From IMG/VR virus record IMGVR_UViG_3300022925_000006: DNA of 64,000 bases. One strand, given 5' to 3'. Position 1 is the stretch's first letter. Every line of letters starts with the position of its first letter. The notes under the pieces were generated by a model that saw nothing but the letters and a program-made list of their open reading frames with translations, was not told where the DNA came from and searched no databases. Positions 1 through 9,020 of this stretch are shown here, one piece after another. This DNA is from a virus. Position numbers and translations under genes: made by a program.

Positions 1-2
1 TA

Positions 3-1265
3 CTTTACTCTGGGTATTTGATTGAGGGTGACATAGAAGAAGTTGCTTCAAACTTTAGTTTCCATGATGCAAACGGAAACTTCTTTGCCGTTAAGCTGAC
101 CAAAACTGATTACGAAATATCTGTTGACTACTTCAACAATCACAAGATATTTACTGCGGACAAGTATGGGATTGAGATTACCAATCATTTACCATATATG
201 ACAATCAAAGAAGAAGATGTTGTCCGAAAAAAAATTAGATATGATTACAGACGTGAGATATATCCGATACAACAAGAAACTTTCTTTACTCACATTACTT
301 CGTTTCTTCCTGACTACGACTATATTGAAGATTGTAAACAAGCACTCAAACAAGAAGTTTGGGATGTAGATGAACTTACCGATTACATACACGAATGCAT
401 GTCACAACATGCACAAGTAATCAAAGACAAATACAAGAATAGATTTATCTCTCTGAGTGAGGGATTAGATTCTGCGGTTCAGTCTCAGTACTTCAAGGAT
501 GACCCACAATATCTGTATCACATCTATCCGTGTGATGCGGGTGATGACGGACTCAAATACAAAGAGATTGCACAAAACAACTTCACTAATACTCAGATGT
601 TCAAGTATGAGTCTTCAAGGAATAAAGAATACACCCATAAATTTTTAAGAGATTCATCTACTCGTTGGTCTACTATTCTACCGACCATGATACAGGTAGA
701 GGAGGCAAATCCTGATATCGTTTTATACGGTGTTAATGGTGATGAGATGTTCTTCCGTGATTTGTTTCCACACCTATACTTATTAACTCTGAAGTATCAC
801 GACAAAAGTGTATGGTATATTCATAACAAGATTATAGATGACCTTGAACCCAAAAGAGGTCAATATGGTGCAAACTATACACTAGGAGCATATAAGAATA
901 CAGATGATTATGTAGAAGAATTTGTGGATGATTGCTTGCATTCTGGGATGAATCGTGATATAATAGAAGGTATGATGCATTTACAGATGACACCTAAGAT
1001 GTACACCCGTGCAATTAGTTGTAACAATGATGTGATTACGGCATCTCTATATAATGATAGACGAATCTACCATGAAGTATTTAAACTAAACACTGAGTTT
1101 TTGGAAGAGTACGCAATGGATTCTCCTATTCAGAGAAAGATACTGGAGAAGTTTGATTACAAATTTACGACACCCCATAAAGATGTGTTATATGCAGATT
1201 ATGATGGGATATTAAATAACATTTTTTCTGCGACTGTGCCAAGTTGTATGGAACAAAACATATAA
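3..1265 (+). CDS. Asparagine synthetase-like (ATP pyrophosphatase) amidotransferase, 5'-truncated by the window
   Basis: PP-loop-like SLSEGLDSAV and VLYGVNGDEMF (cf. SGGLDS and G-x-G-x-DE); frame is open back to position 3. Confidence 0.65.
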   Translation, partial: LYSGYLIEGDIEEVASNFSFHDANGNFFAVKLTKTDYEISVDYFNNHKIFTADKYGIEITNHLPYMTIKEEDVVRKKIRYDYRREIYPIQQETFFTHITSFLPDYDYIEDCKQALKQEVWDVDELTDYIHECMSQHAQVIKDKYKNRFISLSEGLDSAVQSQYFKDDPQYLYHIYPCDAGDDGLKYKEIAQNNFTNTQMFKYESSRNKEYTHKFLRDSSTRWSTILPTMIQVEEANPDIVLYGVNGDEMFFRDLFPHLYLLTLKYHDKSVWYIHNKIIDDLEPKRGQYGANYTLGAYKNTDDYVEEFVDDCLHSGMNRDIIEGMMHLQMTPKMYTRAISCNNDVITASLYNDRRIYHEVFKLNTEFLEEYAMDSPIQRKILEKFDYKFTTPHKDVLYADYDGILNNIFSATVPSCMEQNI

Positions 1266-1268
1266 ATA
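1261..1268 (+). promoter_or_regulatory. T4-type late promoter TATAAATA
   Basis: Exact consensus just upstream of ATG at 1274. Confidence 0.7.
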
Positions 1269-1273
1269 AAGTT

Positions 1274-1876
1274 ATGGGATTACTTAAATCAGCAGCAGAC
1301 CTAGTCTATACGATTCGATTCTTGAAATTGTTAGTCACTCCGTTCGAGAAGACTGACGCATTCAAGGCGGGTATTATTGACGAAGATGGGCAAAAACGCA
1401 AAGACTTCAATACAAATAGTACTGATGACCGTGAAGCATACCGTTCTCATTATACACCATTTCACCGTCTTGTATTTAATCTAAAACGTTTGATGGCAAA
1501 AGTGCCTGGCGGTCAATCGGTGATTGCACGTTATGGTGCCGCTCTGGCCTTAATTAAAGAGGATGGTCAGTTGAGTGATGCACGTATTATGCAAATCCAT
1601 GAAGAGACTGGTATTGATATTCTAGATGTCCTCGCAGAAGAAACCTCGTGGTTTATGCTTGAGGACAAAGAACTGTCGCCTGGCATTTACCGCATGAAAC
1701 ATGATACTGTGACTGCAACAAAATGTGAAGATATTGTAAAGAAGGGCGATAAAATAAGGATTGTAGAGACAGACGCAAAACCAATTGATGAGATTCTTGG
1801 TCTGGACATCTACAAAGGAATACACCAAAACTCTAAACAGTGGGTGTATTTTACAAGTGGGGAGATTACCCGATGA
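1274..1876 (+). CDS. Conserved T4-like phage hypothetical protein
   Basis: ORF MGLLKSAADLVYTIRFLKLL... follows late promoter; couples to next gene. Confidence 0.7.
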   Translation: MGLLKSAADLVYTIRFLKLLVTPFEKTDAFKAGIIDEDGQKRKDFNTNSTDDREAYRSHYTPFHRLVFNLKRLMAKVPGGQSVIARYGAALALIKEDGQLSDARIMQIHEETGIDILDVLAEETSWFMLEDKELSPGIYRMKHDTVTATKCEDIVKKGDKIRIVETDAKPIDEILGLDIYKGIHQNSKQWVYFTSGEITR

Positions 1877-2052
1877 AGAAATTTAAACAGTTTGAGGAAG
1901 AGATGACTGGCACAACTGCGGTTGCAGGTGCAGGTGACGATAGTGAAACCGTACCAGTATATCTTGGTAAGAAGAAGAAGAAAAAGAAACCTGATGTAGT
2001 AAAAAGGTTTGTAGACACTAGAAAAGAAATGAGAAAACGTTGGAGTAAATAA
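1873..2052 (+). CDS. Small basic protein with internal-protein-like N-terminus
   Basis: GGAG RBS, ATGA overlap; MKKFKQFEEE..., poly-Lys tract. Confidence 0.65.
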   Translation: MKKFKQFEEEMTGTTAVAGAGDDSETVPVYLGKKKKKKKPDVVKRFVDTRKEMRKRWSK

Positions 2053-2513
2053 TGTTAAGTGGATTACTAGGTAGTGTGTTAGGATTTGGTGGTTCTGTTG
2101 TACCCGCAATCACTGACCACTTTAAAACAAAAGCAAACAACAAATTTGAACTTGAAAAAATGGGTAAGATGGCGGAACTACGTGCCGCTGGATTTGACCA
2201 AGAGTTCAGAATGTACGAAACAAAAGCGGATGATAATGAACATGATAGATTGGTTCAGCATGACATTAGTATCAATCAAGGGACAGGATTTATTGCTGGT
2301 CTTCAGAAGTCGGTTAGACCTATTATCACCTACTGTTTTTTCGGACTTTTCTGTGCTATTGAAGTTACCCTTTTGATGCAAGCACTGGAAGAGGGTAGGT
2401 CAATCTCCGACTCACTCAATATCCTCTGGGACGATGACACAAAGGCAATCTTTGCTGCAATTATCTCGTTCTGGTTTGGTTCTCGTGCTATTGATAAGTC
2501 TCGTAGAAAATAA
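2052..2513 (+). CDS. Membrane protein, 3TM holin-like
   Basis: Hydrophobic segments; SVRPIITY and FWFGSR motifs typical of GTA-type 3TM holins. Confidence 0.55.
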   Translation: MLSGLLGSVLGFGGSVVPAITDHFKTKANNKFELEKMGKMAELRAAGFDQEFRMYETKADDNEHDRLVQHDISINQGTGFIAGLQKSVRPIITYCFFGLFCAIEVTLLMQALEEGRSISDSLNILWDDDTKAIFAAIISFWFGSRAIDKSRRK

Positions 2514-2516
2514 GCC

Positions 2517-2545
2517 TTGACTTTTTACCCTAACTAGGGTACAAT
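2517..2545 (+). promoter_or_regulatory. Sigma70-type promoter upstream of nrdA
   Basis: TTGACT-N17-TACAAT. Confidence 0.65.
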
Positions 2546-2616
2546 ACAAAAACTGAAAAACTCTGGCGTGATATATACTATTACGCCCTGAAAAACTATA
2601 CTCTATGGAAAAGTAA

Positions 2617-4611
2617 ATGCCCCTAAAAATTGATAAAAAGAAAGACAAACTGCTAGCAGAATACGCAGTTGGAATGTTAAAAGATTTCTACCTAAATGAT
2701 TATGAAAAGAGTCCCCAAGAAGGATTCGCAAGGGCAGCTAAAGCATGGAGTAAGTATAGAGACGAGATGGACGAAGACCTCGCACAACGTCTATATGACT
2801 ATGTGTCTAATAAGTGGTTTATGTTCGCATCTCCTGTATTATCCAATGCACCCAACGGTCACGACCAAAAGAACAAAGGGATGCCTATCTCTTGTTTTCT
2901 TACCTACGTACCCGACACACTTGAGGGACTGATTGGTCACTCTTCTGAATTACGTTGGTTATCCGTTTATGGTGGTGGTGTCGGTGGACACTGGTCAGAC
3001 GTAAGAACTGTATCAGACATTGCGCCTGGCCCTATGCCGTTCCTACACACTGTTGATGCCGACATGATTGCATATAGACAGGGTAAGACTCGTAAGGGTT
3101 CATATGCAGCCTATATGGACGTACATCATCCTGATATTGTGGAATTCATGAATATGAGAATTCCTACAGGTGACGTTCAACGTAAGGCATTAAACTTACA
3201 CAATGCAATTAATATTACCGATGAGTTCATGGAAGCTGTTCATGCAAATAAAGAGTTTGCATTGCGTGACCCCAAAGACGATTCTGTCAAAGAAACTATT
3301 AATGCTCGTAAATTATGGGAACGTATTATAGAGATTAGGTTCCGTACAGGCGAACCATATCTGAACTTTATTGATACCGCAAACGCATCACTACCAGAAC
3401 CATTAAAAGAGAAAGGTCTAAAGATACACGGGTCAAACCTGTGTAATGAGATTCATCTTCCAACCAGTGCAGATAGAACTGCGGTGTGTTGTTTGTCGTC
3501 TCTCAACTTAGAATATTACGATGAATGGAAAGATACAACTATTGTCCGTGATATTGTGCGGATGCTTGACAATGTCTTGCAGTACTTTATTGAGAACGCA
3601 CCAGACACAATCGCCCGTGCAAAGTACAGTGCAGAACGAGAAAGAAGTATCGGACTCGGAGCAATGGGATTCCACAGTCTCTTGCAAAAACATGGAGTCG
3701 CATGGGAAAGTGAAACGGCAAGAGAAATCAATCGAACCGTGTTCCAACACATTAACAAAGAAGCCCATAAAGAAACCGAACTCCTTGCAGAAGAAAGGGG
3801 TGAGTATCCTGATGGTATTGGGTCTGGTAAGAGAAACTCCCATCTTATTGCCATTGCCCCTAACGCATCCAGTGGAGTAATATTATCAACCAGTCCCTCT
3901 ATAGAACCATTGAAAGCCAATGCGTACACTCATAGAACTCGTGCTGGTTCATTTCTTGTAAAGAATAAATACCTTACTCAATTACTTGATGAGAAGGGTC
4001 AGAACAATGAATCTAACTGGACTTCTATTATTACTAAGAAGGGTTCGGTACAACACCTACCATTCCTCACAGAAGGTGAGAAGGCAATCTTTAGAACTGC
4101 TGATGAGTTAGACCAAAATTGGGTAGTTCAACATGCAGCTGAACGTCAAGAGTTTATCTGTCAAGGACAGAGTGTTAATCTATTCTTCCCGTCTGGTTGT
4201 GAAAAGTCATATGTAAACAGGGTGCATCTGAAAGCATGGAAAGAAGGACTCAAGGGTCTCTACTACTTGCGTACAGAGGCAAAACAAAGAGCAGAGAACG
4301 TATCCGAGAAAGTAGAACGTGTCGCACTCCAAGGCGATACTCGTAGTATTGTCTATGGTAAGTCTGATTGCCCTTTCTGTTCCATGGCAAAGGAAGAACT
4401 CAAGTTGAGAGGCATTCCTTATGATTATATTGACCTACAAGAACTCGGAAAAACTACAAAAGAAGTAACAGGACGAGATGTTAAGACCGTTCCACAAATA
4501 TATATCGAAGGTGAGTATGTAGGTGGGTATGATGACTTAATGGAATATTTTAACAAACCAATAATAACAGAAACAGACGCAGACGATGAATGTCGTGCGT
4601 GTGAGGGATAA
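2617..4611 (+). CDS. nrdA: Class I ribonucleotide reductase alpha subunit with fused glutaredoxin domain
   Basis: ISCFL, GSNLCNEI, APNASS, LYYLR motifs; then CPFC...TVPQIYI..GGYDDL glutaredoxin; terminal ECRACEG; no ATP-cone. Confidence 0.95.
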   Translation: MPLKIDKKKDKLLAEYAVGMLKDFYLNDYEKSPQEGFARAAKAWSKYRDEMDEDLAQRLYDYVSNKWFMFASPVLSNAPNGHDQKNKGMPISCFLTYVPDTLEGLIGHSSELRWLSVYGGGVGGHWSDVRTVSDIAPGPMPFLHTVDADMIAYRQGKTRKGSYAAYMDVHHPDIVEFMNMRIPTGDVQRKALNLHNAINITDEFMEAVHANKEFALRDPKDDSVKETINARKLWERIIEIRFRTGEPYLNFIDTANASLPEPLKEKGLKIHGSNLCNEIHLPTSADRTAVCCLSSLNLEYYDEWKDTTIVRDIVRMLDNVLQYFIENAPDTIARAKYSAERERSIGLGAMGFHSLLQKHGVAWESETAREINRTVFQHINKEAHKETELLAEERGEYPDGIGSGKRNSHLIAIAPNASSGVILSTSPSIEPLKANAYTHRTRAGSFLVKNKYLTQLLDEKGQNNESNWTSIITKKGSVQHLPFLTEGEKAIFRTADELDQNWVVQHAAERQEFICQGQSVNLFFPSGCEKSYVNRVHLKAWKEGLKGLYYLRTEAKQRAENVSEKVERVALQGDTRSIVYGKSDCPFCSMAKEELKLRGIPYDYIDLQELGKTTKEVTGRDVKTVPQIYIEGEYVGGYDDLMEYFNKPIITETDADDECRACEG

Positions 4612-4614
4612 CCA

Positions 4615-5595
4615 ATGGCACTATTAGATTTTAGCAAAACATACAAACCTTTCCTCTACCCTTGGGCGGTAGAACTAGTAAAGAAACACGAAGAGATTCA
4701 CTGGATTGAAGACGAGGCGGAATTGTCCGAAGATATTCAAGACTGGAGAACTAAACTAAGCGAAAATGAAAAAGAATTCATCACTCAAGTATTGAGACTG
4801 TTTACTCAGTCGGACGTACAGGTGGGTGAGAACTATCACGAGCTGTTGATTCCTAAGTTTAAGAACAACGAGATTCGTAACATGTTGTCCTCATTTGCAA
4901 ACCGTGAAGGTGTACACCAACGTGCATATGCATTGTTGAATGACACTCTGGGTTTACCCGATGAAGAACACTCTGCTTTTATGGAATACAAAGAGATGGC
5001 AGATAAGATTGACTTCATGAAAGAGGGTGATATCAACTCGCATACAGGTCTTGCACTCGTACTTGCACAATCTGTATTCAACGAAGGTATGTCATTGTTT
5101 GCGTCATTCGTGATGTTGTTGAACTTTCAACGTTTCGGTAAGATGAAAGGTATGGGTACGATTGTTGAGTGGTCTATCAGAGACGAGACTATTCATGTAC
5201 AAGGCAACGCAAAACTGTTCCGTGAGTTTACTAACGAACACCCACGAATCGTTAATGACGAATTGAAATCTAAAATCTATCAGATGGCACGTAATGCTGT
5301 CAAACTAGAAGACCGATTCATTACACTTGCGTACCAGTCTGGTAATATTGAGGGTCTATCTGAAGAAGAGGTAAAACAATATATTCGTCACATTGCAGAC
5401 CGTAGACTGTTACAACTTGGTATGAAACCAAAGTTTGGTGTCAAAGACAATCCACTACCGTGGTTGGACTGGGTACTGAATGGCGCATCACACGACAACT
5501 TCTTTGAGAAGAGAGTCACCGAGTACTCCGTAAATGGTATGGAAGGTGACTGGGGTTGGGTTGATGAGGCTGATAAAGTAGTGGGTGTTGCCTAG
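4615..5595 (+). CDS. nrdB: Ribonucleotide reductase beta subunit
   Basis: FTQSD, EGVHQRAY, EGMSLF, RDETIH, NFFEKRVTEY. Confidence 0.95.
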   Translation: MALLDFSKTYKPFLYPWAVELVKKHEEIHWIEDEAELSEDIQDWRTKLSENEKEFITQVLRLFTQSDVQVGENYHELLIPKFKNNEIRNMLSSFANREGVHQRAYALLNDTLGLPDEEHSAFMEYKEMADKIDFMKEGDINSHTGLALVLAQSVFNEGMSLFASFVMLLNFQRFGKMKGMGTIVEWSIRDETIHVQGNAKLFREFTNEHPRIVNDELKSKIYQMARNAVKLEDRFITLAYQSGNIEGLSEEEVKQYIRHIADRRLLQLGMKPKFGVKDNPLPWLDWVLNGASHDNFFEKRVTEYSVNGMEGDWGWVDEADKVVGVA

Positions 5596-5720
5596 TGGAA
5601 GAAGAGAACGAAACATATGTTTTGGAATGTTCTCTATGTGAAACCGAAACAGAGGTTCTTGTAAAAGACTGTGAAGAAGAACCCGAATATTGTCCCATGT
5701 GCGGAGTGACTATAAACTAA
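5595..5720 (+). CDS. 41-aa Zn-ribbon/rubredoxin-like microprotein
   Basis: GTG overlaps nrdB stop; MEEENETYVLECSLCETETEVLVKDCEEEPEYCPMCGVTIN (two CxxC); absent from ORF track. Confidence 0.65.
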   Translation: MEEENETYVLECSLCETETEVLVKDCEEEPEYCPMCGVTIN

Positions 5721-5734
5721 TCATATATACCATT

Positions 5735-6139
5735 ATGTGGATATATGAAGATAAAGAGTTTGAACCAGAAGACGAAGTCTTGGAGCAATACCAAGGCTTT
5801 GTCTACTGTTTGACAGAGTTAAGCACTGGTAAAAAGTATATTGGTAAGAAATTCTTCTGGAAACCCAAGATACTCCCTGTTACAAAAACAAGAAAAAGAC
5901 GCAAAAGAACGAGAGTCCAATCGGACTGGCGGGACTACTATGGTTCGTCCGAGAAGGTAAAAACCCTCGTAGAAGGGGGGCAGGACTTCAGGAGAACCGT
6001 TCTCAGACTGTGCCGCACTAAAGGTGAGTGTTCGTACTACGAAGCGAAACTACAATTCGAATATGATGTTTTGTTGAGTGATGAATACTATAATGAATTC
6101 ATTGGTTGTAAGATACATGCAAAACATATTAAATCGTAA
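5735..6139 (+). CDS. GIY-YIG family nuclease (single domain)
   Basis: GFVY...KKYIGKK, YYGSS, conserved Glu in YYEAK. Confidence 0.75.
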   Translation: MWIYEDKEFEPEDEVLEQYQGFVYCLTELSTGKKYIGKKFFWKPKILPVTKTRKRRKRTRVQSDWRDYYGSSEKVKTLVEGGQDFRRTVLRLCRTKGECSYYEAKLQFEYDVLLSDEYYNEFIGCKIHAKHIKS

Positions 6140-7331
6140 CATAATCGGCGGCCCTCTAGGAATTATCTACAATGATATGTCTAGATTCGATATTGATATT
6201 GCAATCAATCGAATGAAGTGGAGACTCTTTGATGCGGGTGCAAAGAAGGGTGACCTAGTAACCATCTCAATCATGGAAGTGAGTCTTGACCATGTTGCGT
6301 CTATATTTGCGTGTGCAGAGATGGGATTGCGAATCTTTATTCTAGACAGTCCCGCAACCAAAGAATCTCTACCATTTACCAAACTCGCATTACACGGCCC
6401 ATCCGACTACTACATCTATAGTTCTAACGAAGACACCACCAAAATCTATAACGGTCTGCACGATGAGATGATGAAACGATATGGTGGAGTCGGTATTGAT
6501 AGTGAAGAACCGACCAAAGAAGTCTGGTTCCAAGGAGCGGAGGTATACCCAACTGACCCATTCCTAGTAAGTTCCACATCTGGCACAACTGGCCCATCTA
6601 AAGCAATCACGTTTTCACACCAAGAGGTGATAGGAATATCTCACCGTAATATTGATATCTTTTGGTTTGGTGAAGATGCGAAGGTAATTCATTCCAGAAA
6701 CTTGCACCACGCATCTGCAATGTTGACCCACCTATTACCCGCACTCATGAACGCATACTCACACAGTTCATTTGCGATTGGTCATGACCGCAGCGCAGAC
6801 GAAGACCTCAATAGACTATCGGGTCTAAAGGACTTAATCAAGACGCCCCCGTCCAACATCATGATACCCAATAAAGAGGAACTTTATGATTTCCTAGAGA
6901 CTTTCGCTGGGCCATTCAAGAGAACTGTTAATATCAATATGTGTGGATTTGTATTGGATGAGGAGTTTGTTGAACTTGCGAAAGAATACAATGTTCATTT
7001 TCAGTCACATTTCGGTACTATTGATACCGCTATCCCACTTTTTATAAACCGTGTGGGAAAAGACTCTACAATTATCCCTAATGGTCTGGGGGTATTGGCC
7101 GATGATTTCTACAAGACCACCCTAGAAAATGGTCGTATGAAGGTAGAACACGAGTGGTGGAACGAACCTCGTTATATTGAGGACGATATAGAACTAATAG
7201 ACGGACAATATGTATTACACCCGAAACCAAGAAATAATGTAGAATTGCCCGAAGGATTTGACATCACGCCTTTCTTCCAAGACACTAAAATCAACTACGA
7301 ACAACTACGTGGCCACCTAAAAATAATTTAA
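6117..7331 (+). CDS. Divergent AMP-binding (ANL superfamily) adenylating enzyme
   Basis: SSTSGTTGPSKAI A3 loop, GAKKGDLV, SHFGTID (A5-like). Confidence 0.7.
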   Translation: MQNILNRNIIGGPLGIIYNDMSRFDIDIAINRMKWRLFDAGAKKGDLVTISIMEVSLDHVASIFACAEMGLRIFILDSPATKESLPFTKLALHGPSDYYIYSSNEDTTKIYNGLHDEMMKRYGGVGIDSEEPTKEVWFQGAEVYPTDPFLVSSTSGTTGPSKAITFSHQEVIGISHRNIDIFWFGEDAKVIHSRNLHHASAMLTHLLPALMNAYSHSSFAIGHDRSADEDLNRLSGLKDLIKTPPSNIMIPNKEELYDFLETFAGPFKRTVNINMCGFVLDEEFVELAKEYNVHFQSHFGTIDTAIPLFINRVGKDSTIIPNGLGVLADDFYKTTLENGRMKVEHEWWNEPRYIEDDIELIDGQYVLHPKPRNNVELPEGFDITPFFQDTKINYEQLRGHLKII

Positions 7332-7378
7332 AAAAAGTGTTGCCAAACCTTGCTGTTGTTGTTATAATAAGTACATAA
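7331..7378 (+). promoter_or_regulatory. Early sigma70 promoter, repeat copy 1
   Basis: A-tract, TTGCCA(7340)-N17-TATAAT(7363) with extended TG. Confidence 0.8.
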
Positions 7379-7392
7379 AGTGAGAAAAGGAA

Positions 7393-7614
7393 ATGATTAT
7401 GTTTAAAGAATTTATTGAGTATGTTAACGGGTTTTACGGTAAAGGCGGTATCTACGCCAAGGAAGACTACGCAACTATTCCCCAAATCCAAGCTGCGACT
7501 GAAGCGTATATCAACAGGTTGACTGAGACAGTCACTTGGGGTGGTGGCGACAGTCTTGATAGAGAGAGGGTTGGTCAAATCCTTGTGGATGAAATGAGTG
7601 TGAAACTTTATTGA
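7393..7614 (+). CDS. Hypothetical early protein
   Basis: RBS plus own promoter; 73 aa. Confidence 0.7.
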   Translation: MIMFKEFIEYVNGFYGKGGIYAKEDYATIPQIQAATEAYINRLTETVTWGGGDSLDRERVGQILVDEMSVKLY

Positions 7615-7661
7615 AAAAAGTGTTGCCAAAAGTTGCTGTTGTTGTTATAATAAGTACATAA
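7614..7661 (+). promoter_or_regulatory. Early sigma70 promoter, repeat copy 2
   Basis: TTGCCA(7623)-N17-TATAAT(7646); near-identical to 7331-7378. Confidence 0.8.
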
Positions 7662-7682
7662 ACTAAAGAAAGGAAAGAAATT

Positions 7683-8105
7683 ATGGCGTTTGTATCTCAA
7701 GAAGAAAAGAAAGCCCTTGCTGTTGAAGTCAAGAAAGTCTGCAAAAAGTATGGGTTCAAAGTGAGTCTGAGTGTCAGACATCACAGTACTTTGGTCGCAA
7801 AGGTCAAAGGTGCGAAACAAATCCTTGAGGGGTACTGTGCAGAACAGATGACCCCTTTTAAGGTTGCCAAGAGGGAGTTCAACGGTTACAATAACTTCTC
7901 TCCCGAAGCAGTTATGGAAGAGTCTGCGAAGTGGGGTCACGATGTGAACCTTTACTGGTTTGAAGAGAACTACTGTCCTACTGGGGTGAAGTTCTTAAAA
8001 GAACTAAAGGCGGCGATGGAAGGGCCTGAGTTCTTCTGTGAAGATGATGCAATGACTGACTACTTTCACAGAAGTCACTACACTGACGTTAACCTGTACG
8101 CATAA
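7683..8105 (+). CDS. Hypothetical early protein
   Basis: AGGAAAG RBS; 140 aa ending DAMTDYFHRSHY. Confidence 0.75.
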   Translation: MAFVSQEEKKALAVEVKKVCKKYGFKVSLSVRHHSTLVAKVKGAKQILEGYCAEQMTPFKVAKREFNGYNNFSPEAVMEESAKWGHDVNLYWFEENYCPTGVKFLKELKAAMEGPEFFCEDDAMTDYFHRSHYTDVNLYA

Positions 8106-8131
8106 TGGAACAGTTTAAGGAATGATATATA

Positions 8132-8323
8132 ATGGGTATGAGTGAGAAAGAAATTCTCAAGAAAAAAGGTGCGATTGCGATTGAGGAATATATTGCAATC
8201 GCACAAAAAAGACTTGAAGAAGCTAAATTAAACAAGGACGAAGAAGGAGTCGCAGTTGCGACTTATCTCGTTGCAGAATATGAACAGATGTTGGAAGAAT
8301 TTGTTAAATATTATGCTAAGTAG
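8132..8323 (+). CDS. Hypothetical protein
   Basis: AAGGA RBS; 63 aa, helical. Confidence 0.6.
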   Translation: MGMSEKEILKKKGAIAIEEYIAIAQKRLEEAKLNKDEEGVAVATYLVAEYEQMLEEFVKYYAK

Positions 8324-8362
8324 AGAACCTTCCGAGTATATATAATATTATAAGAGGAAACT

Positions 8363-8785
8363 ATGCAAAAAGAAGTGTTTGAAATCTTCGAAGATTTCAC
8401 TAAATTGAAAGCAAGAAAAGATAAGATTGCTTTCCTACAACAACAGGGTAACGAAATTCCCGCTATTAAAGATGTCCTTCGAGGTGCATTCGATGACCGT
8501 CTCAAGTTTGTCTTACCCGAAGGCAAACCACCCTATACCCCAAATAGACCCGAAAGTGTCCCGTCAACTTTACGTAATCTTCACCGACAATTTGGTGACT
8601 ACGTTGAAGGAGCTAGGTCTAAAGAGATGGGTCAAATTAGGTTAGAAACAAGATTCATTCAGATGTTAGAAAGTATCCATGCTGAGGATGCACTAATAGT
8701 TCTGGATATGGTGGCAAAGAAACCACCAGTCAAAGGTTTGACAAAAAAGATTGTAGAAGAGGCATTCCCTAATTTACTTTCTTAA
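8363..8785 (+). CDS. Conserved T4-like hypothetical protein
   Basis: GAGG RBS; LPEGKPPY...RLETRFIQMLESIH...EAFPNL pattern. Confidence 0.75.
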   Translation: MQKEVFEIFEDFTKLKARKDKIAFLQQQGNEIPAIKDVLRGAFDDRLKFVLPEGKPPYTPNRPESVPSTLRNLHRQFGDYVEGARSKEMGQIRLETRFIQMLESIHAEDALIVLDMVAKKPPVKGLTKKIVEEAFPNLLS

Positions 8786-8823
8786 CTTCGTTATGTTTCT
8801 TTTAATAACAAGGAGCGCAACAT

Positions 8824-8997
8824 ATGCCAAGAAACCAAATAGAGCGATTGAAGAATGATAGCAGAGAACTTGACAATTACATCCACCGTCTCAAGAAAAA
8901 GGGAAGAGACAACCTTGCTCACAAGTTAGCTGTTAAAAAATCATTACTTAATCAAACTATTGCCGAATATGAAAATTCAAATTCACTTCTAGCATAA
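8824..8997 (+). CDS. Hypothetical 57-aa basic protein
   Basis: AGGAG RBS; MPRNQIERLKNDSRELDNYIHRLKKKG...; absent from ORF track. Confidence 0.6.
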   Translation: MPRNQIERLKNDSRELDNYIHRLKKKGRDNLAHKLAVKKSLLNQTIAEYENSNSLLA

Positions 8998-9020
8998 AAG
9001 GTAGGTGGTAATTATCTCGG

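Noticed and set aside
1873-2052. Lasso-peptide precursor for the nearby asparagine-synthetase-like enzyme (TT-AVAGAGDD)
   Set aside because: No leader peptidase or RRE in the window, it is not adjacent to the enzyme, and the long basic tail fits an internal head protein better
2526-2541. NrdR box upstream of nrdA
   Set aside because: The 16-bp palindrome does not match the NrdR consensus (acaCwAtATaTwGtgt) and is single rather than tandem
4330-4560. Intein or intron in nrdA
   Set aside because: The extra segment is a glutaredoxin; no splicing motifs or reading-frame break
5735-6139. Mobile homing endonuclease
   Set aside because: Only a catalytic GIY-YIG domain of ~134 aa with no DNA-binding extension and no intron context; mobility cannot be supported
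7331-7661. CRISPR-like or attachment-site repeat
   Set aside because: Only two copies, separated by a gene, and fully explained as -35/-10 promoters
8120-8350. TATATAAT runs before some genes as a separate promoter class
   Set aside because: Cannot be distinguished from AT-rich background or isolated -10 boxes without TSS data
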